From: Chiloscyllium plagiosum
Lineage: Eukaryota
Length of the DNA: 63,891 nucleotides
NCBI RefSeq assembly: GCF_004010195.1
Contig: NC_057720.1
Coordinates: 17,900,609 to 17,964,499 of the forward strand
Direction of reading: 5' to 3'
Numbering within the stretch: position 1 is the first letter of the stretch; each line of letters starts with the position of its first letter. Shown here one piece after another: positions 12,558 through 24,845 of the stretch. The position numbers were made by a program, and so were the translations under genes. The notes under the pieces were generated by a model, which did no database searches, was not told the origin of the DNA, and was given only the letters and a program-made list of their open reading frames with translations.

Positions 12558-15059
12558 GTACAAGACTAAACAGTATATAAAGTCCCAGCATCACCTTCTC
12601 AAGGGCAATTTAGGTTGGATTTAAGATAAGAAATAGGAGCTGGAGCTTTTGGACCAGGGAGCCTGCTTCACCATAGCTAACACATGTTAGCCTTGCCAAC
12701 AGTGTTCATGTCCTATGAAAGAATAAAACAAAAATACTTGCTATGTAAAAAGGTTTCTTCCTTTTGTGCTTCCCTGCATCTCTTACCCTGAAACTTTAAA
12801 TCTGGTATCCTTACCAAACAGGTGCAACATAGTTTCAGTCAGCGTATTAATTCACTTTACCAATATATTATTTCCATAACACCTTCAATCCAGAAGCTGT
12901 CGAGGTATCAAACATATAACAGAAAGTTCTTGTTATTGAACTAGATTATAATTATTGCATTCATTATAATCCACGTACCTCTTGAATTTTGATCAACTCT
13001 GAGTACTTCCATGGTTTTGTATTCCCAACATAGTTTTGAAGATTAAGAGTCTTATACTTGAACGTGTATTCAAGCTTTATTAACATACGCCTTCAACAAT
13101 CATATGTTAATTTATATACAAGGCTAAATGAACTAACTGACTTGCCTTTCAGCTTATTGTGAATCACTGTATTTATTCAGCATGTGAATTTCAGTAATGC
13201 CAACAAGTGTTTTCAAGGTTGTCAGTTTGAAAGTGCCACTGATTGTAATATAAAACAGTTTTGTCATGTTCAGTAGGTCACAGGATTCTCTCTAAATATT
13301 ATGCTGTTGTATTCTTGCAGTTTCACTTTACTATTACATTATTTAACTAACTGAAAACTATTCCAATTTTTTTGAACCCAGTTGTCCTTATGCCTCTACA
13401 ATTAACCATTAAAGCTTTGAACTTTAAAAGTCCATGATGGTTTGCACTTGACATTTTAAAATTAGTTTATAGTTAATGCTTATTGCCGTACTGATTTGTT
13501 GGTATTGTTTTAACCATATTGGGAGTGAACTGAACTTAACTGATAAAGAAATTTAGCAAACATTTGTGCATCCCATTGTGTGAAAAGAACAAAATATGTA
13601 GTACAGGATTATTTGCATATTGAAAAGCCTTTTTTCCTTTTTCAAAAACTAAAAGCCTAACAATTTATAAAACATTAATCCTATGTTCTCAAATTTTTTA
13701 TTGAAATATGATGCAACTTCAACAAATTGCAGATACTTCATAAGTTGTGCTCTAAACTTTAAAAGAAATAAAACACAAATATAAGCAACTCTGCAAAACC
13801 TGAAGAAAAATACCACAAGGTTCATGTTTTTTAAAAATGGACTCAATGTTTCTAAGGATGTACTGAGTAAAAAAAAAGAGAAAAGCTAAATGGTTATATT
13901 AATTGTATTATGCACATCATGTGACACACAAAAACAACTTCCATGGGCTAGGTCAGTTATCTTAATAACAGCAGTTCTTTGTATCGAACAGATGGTGGAT
14001 CTCAGGAACAGAAGCAACTATTTCTATATGAGTAAAGAATAAGTGAATCATTCAGAAGGAAAAATCTTAAAAGGCAATGACAGCAGTTAATGTAGTGTAC
14101 AGAAAAAAAATACTTATGTCATATTAATCATATATTGCATGCATTGGACAATATGCATTTGCTCTGTAAACAAGGACACATTAATGTAGCAAAGATAAAT
14201 TTGTCATAGTCTCATTGGGCTGCTGTGTTATTGGAGAGAGTTGGCAGTGGTTTAACCTGAAGGTCACCACACATCAGGTGAGGTTGAGAAAAAGAGTCCT
14301 TCATGATAACTGCAGCCAGTATTGGAATTGAACTCTTGCTGTTGATATCTTCTACTTTGCCAACTGAACTACAACCCTGTTTCCCCCAACAACAGTGAAG
14401 TCACTAGAGTCCCGGAGAATCATAGGACTCTTCTTGCTGATGTAATATTCAAATCGATACAGTCACTTCATCTCACAAATATTGCTACTGTTGTTAGAAA
14501 ATAGTAAGAAAACCCAGTGATTTATCGATACACATCCAAAAAGCATAAATCATCAGAGCTCCAAACATTACTTTGAATCATGCACCAATACAGATAGCAC
14601 AGGGGTTAACCGTAATTAGATTGTGAGGGAGGTACAAGATGGTGAAGAAGTAGAAATAGTGAAATTGATGAGGAACCAATTAGCAACAGATAGAGCTACA
14701 GGATGGTGATTACTATTTTAAAAACAACTTGTATTTATATTTTCCTTTTGACAAAGTAAAATATTCCAAGGCATTTCAGAGATCATTTATCAACCAAGAT
14801 TAGACTAAAAGCCATGTATGAAGATATTAGGACAGTGGCGAAATGTTTAGTTAAAGGGACAAGTTTTAAGGAATGCCTCAGAAAGTGATAGCAGTAGGCA
14901 AGCTTGATGATAGAGAGGCTATACAGTTTGAGACTTGTCTTGGGCTAACATAGACACCAATGTGCAATCTAGTTCAGACTGTATTGATCCACTTATATTG
15001 ATTCCATGCGCAACATGATTTACCTCAAAAGCATCAATACATTTGGTTGTCAATGTGTA

Positions 15060-15350
15060 ATATCTCAAAACATTTATTTGAGTACATTAAAGGAAAAGGA
15101 ATAACTAGAGAGAAGGCCCCTCAAGTGGACATGCATGTGCAAGAACTTAGAAGATGTGCAAGATCTTCAATGAATATTTCTCCTCTGTGTTTACCATGGA
15201 AAAAGACATGCAGACTTGAGATCTTGGGGAAGTTATTGGTCATATCTTGGGGACAGTCAATATCACAGTAGGTGAGGTGTTGAATGTACTAGAATATGTG
15301 AAGGTGGATAAATCTCCTGGTCCTGGCCAGGTATATCCAAGAATACTTAA
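15060..15350 (+). mobile_element. CR1 LINE internal fragment
   Basis: KVDKSPGPGQVYPRIL motif. Confidence 0.75.
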
Positions 15351-16180
15351 GGTAGGAGTTCTGCAAAGTTGTTATCAACGTATTAGTAAATTGTGTGGCA
15401 ATGTACTTACTTGTGAATACAAAACAATAATTTTAAAAAAGACTAGGAAAACTACTCCAGCATCAATTTACAATGCTCTGCAAGAATGTTTTCCTGCAGA
15501 TTTTTAGAAAAATTATTGCAGTCACACAAGTACCGGTGAAATTGCACATCAATCCAAAGGTTTGCACAGATTATACTTCACGTTTCTGCCTTCCTGCAAA
15601 TGGTGTTATATCCTGGAATTCTGTTCCTTGTGTGCAGCAGTTCAATATCAAACATGCTTTATTGCTGAAGTTGAGTTGCTAGGGCATTAGGAAATCTGTC
15701 ACTTGCTCACTGCTGTCCAGCATAGTTTTATAAAGTCACATTGTTTGCTCGTAGGGAGACCAGCTTACTAAACAGTTTTGCCTAGTCAGTAATTTGCGTC
15801 TTCCCATTATACCACCAAATATGCAAAAGGTAACTTTACAAATACTACATAAAAAGCCCAATTTCTGATTACTAGATTGGAAGAAAGAAACAGCAGCAAA
15901 TTTTCCATGGAACCCGAATAAGAAAGACTTGGCCCAACAGTGTTTGTAAGCACTGATTCTTTGTATCCTGAACTACTGAATATTGAATCATCTTTTGATT
16001 TTGAATAGTTAAATAAACAAACTTTGTTTGAAAATAGCTTCCTTTTTGGGTGGAGATCAGTATATCCTGCAGAGAGTGTGTGATTCATTTGTCAAAACCC
16101 ATGTTGTTTGGGTAACAGTTCGGTTTTATGATCTTCATCAATGTGGAGCTATAGCAGGCAGGGTGTGCCACAAACCAAAT

Positions 16181-16248
16181 CTAAGATGTGAACTTGTGCA
16201 CTTTGACCAGTACTTCCTTCAAACTATTAAGAGAGTATTGCAAGATAC
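16181..16248 (-). other. candidate terminal coding exon of unidentified minus-strand gene
   Basis: Acceptor ctgcactcag; phase-1 frame (G)ILQYSLNSLKEVLVKVHKFTS*; lies in a repeat-poor stretch. Confidence 0.25.
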
Positions 16249-17619
16249 CTGAGTGCAGGATATTATGTAGTGTTCATAAGTGATTTCAAAACAATTTTTT
16301 TCTTCTAAATAAGTGAAGATTGGGTGGCAATGTGTTTTAGAATGCTGCCCTTTTACCTTTGGTTAACCACATCAAATAGACAGACCTCTCCGAACAGTGG
16401 TGCAGTATTCCAACAGAAGCAAAGTAAGATGTAGCAACACACTGCTTTGCTGTTTCTTTTATGTTCTTGTTGTGTTATTCACTCTTTGCCTTTCTAACAC
16501 CCTTTCATAGCCTGGCTGAGATGACTTTTAGGTATCAGCCAGCACTTTTCATTTCTTTCTGCCATTTCAAGAGAGTCAATTTGCAGATTTGTATTGTGGT
16601 AGCATTTGGTACATTTGATTTTACTCTTTTAATTTTACTCTCCTCCTGTCTTCATTTTCTTGAAAGCTTTCACTGGTTTTATCTGCCACTCTTTACAGTT
16701 CTAATAAAAGATCTCCACCCAAAATGCTACCCAGTTCCTTCCCTTTTGAACTGTGGACAGATCTGTTTGTATTTTCAGTATTTTTTGTTCTTACTCCAAA
16801 GTTAACTTCTCTAACTTAGACATATTTTAAATAGAAATATTACGTCCTACACCACCCAACTCTATTTTGGATATCATTGAGCAGAAGTCCACGTCATACC
16901 ACTCTGGCATATAGAATTTTCTGCTGCTTTTACTACACAGCTAATGTTTCCCGTCTTAACTCTCACTTTTTGAATAGATTTACTACCTTCTTAATTTAAA
17001 AATTATTAATCTTAACTCTTAAGGTAACCAAGAAAAGTGGTTCTTAGACTAAAACAAAAGCATGATCTTTAATTCATTTCTGTATTTTGAATGGCAATTA
17101 AAGATGGCAACATCACTAACAGCAGTCAATTTCTGCTGAACACCATGCTCAGTTAGACACTGAGAAACACCAAGTAATATTAGCAGTTGGAACAATTAGA
17201 GAAGTCAACCAATGTTAGTGATAGTTCCAGCGCTCAGCTTGTTTATTTTGTTTTCACTCTGTTGACAGTCCAATAATGGTAAAGATGATGCAATAAAGAA
17301 CAATGACTCACGTCTAAGCCTCATGATTGTGGATTCAAGCCCCATTCCAGGAAATGAATAATAAATCTAGGCCAGTGTTTCAGTACAATAGTTTATTAGA
17401 GGTACTGCCTCTGGATGATAGTCACCTGAAGTCTTGTTCAGATTGGTGATAAAGATCTTATGGGCCAGTACAAGTTGCAAACAAGTTTCATACAAGTCTG
17501 TACAGGTTTCAAACAATATAAAGGGCATTGAAGGTGAAAACTTGATGTACTGTTATCAGGCTTTCTTTTTAAACAATATACAACAAGCCCAATGAGTTGA
17601 CATGCAATTCAGGTTTTAG

Positions 17620-18315
17620 GTTTTGAGAATTGAAGACAGGCAAGTGGGTGAAATGACAGTGGGTGACCATATTGAGGATAGTGACCATAATTCAGTTGGA
17701 TTTAGTTTGATTATGGAGAAGGACTGAAATAAATCAGGAGTAAAGCTTTTTAACTGAGGGAAGGCAAGTTTTTAAAAAACTGAGGTGATTTAGCTGAGGT
17801 GGACTGGATAGGACTGCTAAAGGATAAATCAGTGATAAGCCAGTGGGAGGCACTAAAAAGTGAGTTCATTCTGGCACAAAGCAGGTATGTTTCCAAAAAT
17901 AAGAATGGCACTGCCAAATCTGGAATCCCATGGTTGTCTAGAAAAATGAAGTGGAAGATTAAACAGAAGATGATAGCTTATGATAGTCACAAAAAACTCA
18001 ACATTGAGATAACCTAGAGGAGTATAGAAAATACAGGAGTCAAGTGAAAAAAATGAAAAAATAAATCAAAGAGAGGGCAAGAAAAAATATTAGCAAGCTA
18101 GATGTTTTGCCAGTATATAAAGAGACAAGGATAGCTAAGGAAAATGTGGGACATTTCAGAGATGAAAAAAGCAATTTGTGAAAATGCAGAGGGTAGGGAA
18201 GAATTTTCAATGATTTTTTTATCTCCATATTGACAAAGGAAAGCGATGATGTGAATATAGTAATCCAAGCGGAGTAGTGTGAAATATTGAACAAAATAGT
18301 CATAACGAGAGAGGA
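17620..18315 (+). mobile_element. old CR1 LINE, first segment of a host element that continues at 20145-20350, 23813-24747 and 28730-29250
   Basis: DSDHNS endonuclease C-terminal motif and linker; collinear continuation across the nested insertions. Confidence 0.75.
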
Positions 18316-18868
18316 AGTCATAGAGTCATAGAGATGTACAGCATGGAAACAGACCCTCCTGTCCAACACGTCCATACCAGCCAGATATCCCAACCCAATC
18401 TAGTCCCACCTGCCAGCACCTGGCCCATATCTCTCCAAACCCTTCCTATTCACATACCCATCCAGATGCCTTTTAAATGTTGCAATCATACTAGCCTCCA
18501 CTATTTCCTCTGGCAGCTCATTCCATACAGATACCACCCTCTGAGTGAAAGCGTTGCCTCTTAGGTCTCTTTTATATCTTTTCCCTCTCGCCCTAAACCT
18601 ATGCCCTCTAGTTCTGGACTCTCCCACTCCAGGGAAGAGACTTTGTCTATTTATCCTATCCATGCCCCTTGTGATTTCATAAACGTCTATGTGAGGTTTA
18701 CCTTCGAGGGTCACCCCTCATCCTCCGATGATCCAGAGAAAACAGCCCCAGCCTGCTCAACCTCTCCCTATAGCTCAAATCCTCAAACCCTGGCAACATC
18801 CTTGTAAATTTTTTCTGAACCCTTTCGGGTTTCACAACATCCTTCCGATAGGAAGGAGACCAGAATTG
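18316..18868 (-). mobile_element. CR1 LINE 3' end (5'-truncated)
   Basis: ORF 18400-18714 (RTRGH...FTQRVVSVWNELP); tctatgactctatg tail. Confidence 0.9.
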
Positions 18869-18869
18869 T

Positions 18870-20142
18870 CTGCTTAACTTCTCCCAAAACAGAAACTGGA
18901 GGCATATTTCTGAGAGAAACTATCGCTACCAAATCATAAATCAAATATCAGTAAATACGCCCCATATACCAGGAACATAGATGACGGGTCCTTGATGAAA
19001 CCCATAGGAGTGGGAGAGGGCGAGGCAGCCATGGAGGGGATAGACAAGCACAGTGCCGCTGGACCAGATGGCTTGAAACTGAGTGATATAAGATCCATTC
19101 ATGAGGAGGAAACTCGTCTGCCCGACTCTTCTCCCTGTGGCTAAAATCGAGCACAATACCGGAATCACTAAAAAAAAAGAGTCGTACGGGCTTGGTTCCT
19201 AAGTGTGAGGATGAAGACTGCCTGAAAACATCAACAACTGGCAGCCAATAACCATTGGTCCGATGCCATTCACGAAAATAATGGCAAAAAGCCTCAGTGA
19301 AATTGTTGAATTTAACAACAGACAAAAGGGGTTTCTAGCAGCTACTCCCGGGTGCAATGAAAACATTGTCATCCTCGAGAAGATAATTAAGGGAGCGAAG
19401 CAAAACCACAAGGAACTTGCTGTTGTCTTTGTTGATCTAGCAAAAGCATTTGACTTGTTTGGGCATAAACTACTACTGAAAATGTTGCAAAGAGCACATC
19501 TTCCAAAAGCCTTTGTAGGCCAGATCAAGGATCTCTACACTGGCAATACAACTATGGTAGAAGGGAATGGTACTATACCACTCTAATAAACATTGAGAGG
19601 GGCTTGAAGCAGGGCCACCCACTCTCACCAATATTATTTAACATTGCTCTGGTTCCTCTGACATGCTGTCTGGAGAAGGCTTCCACTTTACATTTAAAGA
19701 TCTTCTTGTATAATTACTTCGCTAACTGGAAGCTGCGTAACGAACCTATATCTTATATACCCCCAGGCGATACTGAGAAATACCTGGGTACCTGTATCGA
19801 CCCGTGGGTAGGTGTGTCGGAAGGAGAATGGGAGGAGAGGCTGAAGACCTAGGTGAAAGGAATACAGGCAGCATCTCTCTGACCAAGGGGAAAGTGAGGA
19901 CTGCAGATGCTGGAGATCAGAGCTGAAAATGTGTTGCTGAAAAAGCGCAGCAGGTCAGGCAGCATCCAAGGAGCAGGAGAATCGACGTTTCGGGCATGAG
20001 ACCTTCCTGAAGAAATCCTAAACGTCGATTCACTCTGACCAAGGCAATGCCTAGAAATCCTAAAAACTTATGTCATCCCCAGATTGTATTTTCCTTTGAT
20101 CCTGTCTCAAGTATCTCAAAGTACACTTATAAAGCTGGACCG
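18870..20142 (+). mobile_element. R2-like (RLE-class non-LTR) reverse transcriptase fragment, pseudogenised
   Basis: SAAGPDG, NNWQPITIG, RQKGF..PGCNEN, VVFVDLAKAFD, KQGHPLSPILFNIAL, GDTEKYLG..IDPWVG, ILKTYVIPRL in the order of vertebrate R2 RT; FADD motif deleted; frameshifts. Confidence 0.8.
19889..20032 (-). mobile_element. short Penelope-terminus insertion with rearranged hammerhead inside the R2 fragment
   Basis: 12-bp TSD ctctgaccaagg (19877-19888 / 20033-20044). Confidence 0.8.
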
Positions 20143-20338
20143 GAGTTAGAGTCCTTGAAAGTGGATAAGTCGCTAGGGCTGGATGGATTGTACACTAGGA
20201 TGAAGGAGTTAGCAAGGAAATAGCAGATACTCTGAGGATTATTTTCCAATCTTCACTAGACACAGGTGAGGTGCCAGAGACTGGAGCAATGCAAATGTAG
20301 TTCTATTGTTTATAAAGGATACAAAGGAAATGCCAAAC

Positions 20339-20629
20339 AATTATAGGCCAATTATAGGCCAAGTGGAAGCCTTCTCCAGACAGCATGTCAGAGGAACCAG
20401 AGGCCCTGCCTCGGCAGGGGCATGGGAACCCAAATTGTAGCTTCAGGGTGCAGGGCCTGGAGTGTAGGGAGGTGAGGAACATGGAATTATAGGCAATTAT
20501 AGGCCAAGTGGAAGCCTTCTCCAGACAGCATGTCAGAGGAACCAGAGGCCCTGCCTCGGCAGGGGCATGGGAACCCAAATTGTAGCTTCAGGGTGCAGGG
20601 CCTGGAGTGTAGGGAGGTGAGGAACATGG
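20339..20629 (+). repeat. tandem duplication of ~145 bp at the CR1 5' junction
   Basis: 20339-20484 and 20485-20629 are nearly identical. Confidence 0.9.
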
Positions 20630-23600
20630 GATCAATTTCCAAGGAGGGTGCCTGTAAACAGGGAAGTGGCTTGAAGTGTGTATACTTCAATGCAAGAAGT
20701 ATACGAAATAAGGTAGGTGAACTTGCAGCGTGGGGTGGTACCTGGGACTTCGATGTTGTGGCTATTACGGAGACATGGCTAGAACAGGGACAGGATTGGC
20801 TGTTGCAGGTCCCAGGATTTAAATGTTTTAGTAGGGTCAGAAGTGGGGGTAAAAGAGGGGGAGGTGTGGCATTGCTTGTCAAAGATAGTATTACAGTGGT
20901 GGAAAGGACGATGGATGAGGACTTGCCATCCGAGGTAGTTTGGGCTGAGGTTAGGAATAGGAAAGGTGAGGTCACCCTGTTAGGAGTCTTTTACAGGCCT
21001 CCCAATAGTCCTAGAAACGTAGAAGAAAGGATAGGGAAGGTGATTCAGGAGATGAGTGACAGTAATAGGGTGGTTGTTATGGGGGACTTTAACTTTCCTG
21101 ATATTGATTGGGAAAGCTATAGCTCAAGTTCGTTAGATGGGTCAGTGTTTGTTCAATGTGTGCAGGAGAGTTTCCTGACACAATATGTAGACAGGCCAAC
21201 AAGAGGTGAGGCCATACTGGATTTGGTTCTGGGTAACGAACCAGGCCAGGTGTTAGAATTAGAGGAAGGTGAGCACTTTGGGGATAGTGACCATAATTCA
21301 GTGATTTTTACTCTCGTGATGGAGAGGGATAAATGTGTACTACAGGGCAAGAGTTATAGCTGGAGTCAGGGAAATTGTGATGCGGTGAGGCATGACTTAG
21401 GATGTGTGGCTTGGAAAAGTAGACTCCAAGGCAAGAGTGTAAATGATATGTGGAGATTGTTCAAGGAGCAACTATTGAGTGTCCTTGATAATTATGTACC
21501 TGTCAGGCAGGGAGGAAAGGGTCATGCGAGGGAGCCGTGGTTTAATAAGGAATTGGAATCCCTTGTTAAATGGAAGAGGGCGGCCTATCTCAAGATGAGA
21601 CGTGAAGGTTCAATTGGGGCGATTGAGAGTGATAGGGTAGCCAGGAAGGACCTGAAGAGAGAGCTAAAAGCAGAAAGGAGGGGACATGAAAGGTCCTTAG
21701 TCGGTAGGATTAGGGAAAACCCAAAGGCTTTCTATAGGTATGTTAGGAATAAAAGAATGACTAGGGTAGGAATAGGTCCAGTCAAGGATAGTAGTGGGAA
21801 GTTGCGTGTGGAGGCGGAAGAGATTGGGGAGACACTGAATGAATACTTTTCTTCAGTATTCACTCAGGAACAGGGCATTGTTGGCGGTGAGAATACTGAG
21901 GCACAAATAAGTAGAATGGATGGCCTTGAGGTATGTAGAGAAGAGGTGTTGGAAATCCTGGAAAAGGTGAAAATAGATAAGTCCCCTGGGCCTGATGGCA
22001 TTTATCCTAGGATTCTCTGGGAAGCAAGGGAGGAGATTGCAGAGCCATTGGCCTTGATTTTTATGTCCTCTTTGTCTACAGGAGTAGTCCCAGAAGACTG
22101 GAGGATAGCAAATGTGGTTCCCTTGTTCAAAAAGGGGAGTAGGGATAGCCCTAGTAACTATAGGCCGGTGAGTCTCACTTCTGTTGTGGGCAAAGTCTAA
22201 GAGAGAATTGTGAGGGATAGGATTTATGCACATCTGGATAGGAATAATGTGATCAAAGATAGTCAGCATGGTTTTGTGAAGGGCAAGTCGTGCATCACAA
22301 ACCTTATTGAATTCTTTGAAAAGGTGACGAAGGAGGTTGATGAGGGGAAAGCGGTAGACGTGGTATATATGGATTTTAGTAAGGCGTCTGATAAGGTTCC
22401 CCATGGTAGGCTACTGCAGAAAATACGGAGATATGGCATAGAGGGTGAGTTGGAGGTTTGGATTAGGAATTGGCTGGATGGAAGAAGACAGAGGGTAGTA
22501 GTTGATGGCAAAGTTCCTTCATGGAGTGCCGTCACTAGCGGTGTTCCGCAAGGATCTGTTTTGGGACCATTGCTGTTTGTCATTTTTATAAATGACATGG
22601 AAGAGGGGTTAGAAGGTTGGGTGAGCAAGTTTGCGGAAGATACGAAAGTCGGAGGAGTTGTTGACAGTGAGGAAGCATGTAGCAGGTTACAGCAGGATAT
22701 AGAGAAGCTGCAGAGCTGGGCAGAAAGGTGGCAAATGGAATACAATGTAGCTAAGTGTGAGGTGATTCACTTTGGGAAGAATAACAAAAAGATGGGGTAC
22801 TGGGCTAATGGTCAGATACTTGGTAGTGTGGATGAGCAGAGGGATCTTGGTGTCCATGTACACAGATCTCTGAAAGTTGCCACCCAGGTAAATAGTGCGG
22901 TGAGGAAGGCATATGGCGTACTGGCTTTTATCGGTAGAGGAATTGAGTTCCGGAGTCCGGAGGTCATGATGCAGTTGTATAAGACTCTGGTACGGCCGCA
23001 TCTGGAATATTGTGTGCAGTTTTGGTCGCCATACTATAGGAAGGATGTGGAGGCACTGGAACGGGTGCAGAGGAGGTTTACCAGGATGTTGCCTGGTATG
23101 GAAGAAAAATCGTATGAGGAAAGACTGAGGCACTTGGGGCCGTTTTCACTAGAGAAAAGAAGGTTTAGGGGCGACTTGATTGAGGTGTACAAGATGATTA
23201 GCGGGTTAGATAGGGTTGACAGTGTGAACCTTTTCCCCCCGTATGGAGTCGGGTATTACAAGGTGGCATAGCTTTAAATTAAGGGGTCAAACGACAGAGG
23301 TATTGCTCCATGTTGGTGACAAAGACCTAGGTGGGAATGCAGGGATGTGGTCCATGAAACAGATTTGAGGCAGCAAGGAATGAGATTGAAAAGCAGGATG
23401 TGGAAACAGTATTCTCAGATTCTTTGCTGTTTTCACTAGAGAAAAGAAGGTTTAGGGGTGACTTGATTGAGGTGTACAAGATGATTAGGGGGTTAGATAG
23501 GGTCGACAGTATGAACCTTTTTCCGCGTATTGAGTCGGGTATTACAAGGGGGCATAGCTTTAAATTAAGGTGGGGTAGATATAGGACAGATGTTAGGGGT

Positions 23601-23812
23601 AGGTTCTTCACTCAGCGAGTCGTTAGTTCATGGAATGCCCTGCCAGTAACAGTGGTGGACTCTCCCTCTTTATGGGCATTTAAGAGGGCATTGGATAGGT
23701 ATATGGAGGATAGTGGGTTAGTGTAGTTTAGGTGGGCTTGGATCGGCGCAACATCGAGGGCCCAAGGGCCTGTACTGCGCTGTATTCTTCTATGTTCTAT
23801 GTTCTATGTTCT
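20403..23812 (+). mobile_element. young 5'-truncated CR1/HER1-type LINE
   Basis: Long ORFs with APE endonuclease and RT; (ttctatg)n tail at about 23787-23812. Confidence 0.95.
20530..23271 (+). pseudogene. CR1 ORF2 (APE endonuclease + reverse transcriptase) with one premature stop
   Basis: YFNARSI, ITETWL, GDFN, SDH (EN); QHGF, DFSKA, QGSVLGP, FAEDT (RT); ORFs 20530-22200 and 22210-23271 share a frame, split by TAA at 22198-22200; catalytic FADD reads FAED. Confidence 0.9.
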
Positions 23813-24259
23813 AATTAATTTTACTTTAGTGGTGATTTTTCCTGATACTTCAGGATTGATTCAGTTGTCAGTGGAGCTTTGTGAAGGGAAAGTCATGCCT
23901 TACAAATTTGATCAAATTCTGTGAGGAAATGACAAGGAGGATTGAGAGTAGTGCAGTGGATGTTGCTACACGGATTTAATAAGGCGATTTGACAAGGTCC
24001 CACATGACAGCCTGGTCAAAATGTAAAAGTCCGTGGGATACATGGTATGTGTTGAATTGGATCCAAAGTTGTCTTAGTAACAGGAACAAATGATAATGGT
24101 CGATGGCTGCCCTTGCGAATGGAAAGCTGTTTCAAGTCGTGTTCCACAAGGCTTAGTGGTGAGATCCCCAGCTGTTTGTTTTATACATTAACAATTTAGA
24201 CTTGTACATGCAGTGCACAATTGGGGAGTTTGCAGATGACACAAAAATTAGCCTTGTAC

Positions 24260-24410
24260 TGGATAAGCAGGAGGCTGGAAGAGCACAGCAAGCCAGGCAG
24301 CATCTTGAGGTGAAGAAGTCAATGTTTCAGGTATAACCCTTCTTCAGGAATGGAGGTAGGGGAGCTACAGATAAAGAGAAAAGGGTGGGGAGAAGGGTGG
24401 AATGGTAAGG
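24260..24410 (-). mobile_element. older Penelope pLTR fragment with decayed hammerhead (~24317-24351)
   Basis: Minus strand CTGAAGA a GGGT tat ACCT GAAA CATT. Confidence 0.6.
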
Positions 24411-24809
24411 TAATTCCCCTACCCTCTAAAAGAAATTCCCAAACATCTAGTGCATTGTTTAGAGAGAAGTTGGAAGCTTCAAAATAATATACATGGATTG
24501 GTGGAGCTTAACTCTGATAAATGTGTGGTAATGCATTTAGGGAGGTTAAACAGTAAAGGGAATAAACAATAAATGGGAATATACTGAGGGGGTAGATGAA
24601 GTGAGAGATTTTGATGTGCAAGTACACCTAAAGGCAGCTGTACAGGTAAATAAGGTTGGAAGAAGGCATATGAAATGCTGTCCTTCATTGGCAAAGGCAT
24701 AGAATACAAAAGTAGGGATATAATGACAAAACTGTATAAGACATGTGATTCTAGATTAGAGTGGTGCTGGAAAAGCACAGCAAATCAGGCAGCACCCGAG
24801 GAGCAGGAA

Positions 24810-24845
24810 AATCGACGTTTCGGGCAAAAGCCCTTCATCAGGAAT
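24810..24845 (-). ncRNA. minimal hammerhead ribozyme motif in Penelope pLTR
   Basis: Minus strand attc-CTGATGA-a-GGGC tttt GCCC-GAAA-CGTC-gatt. Confidence 0.75.

Noticed and set aside
21853..23133. Long minus-strand ORFs (183, 160 and 148 aa)
   Set aside because: Antisense shadows of CR1 ORF2
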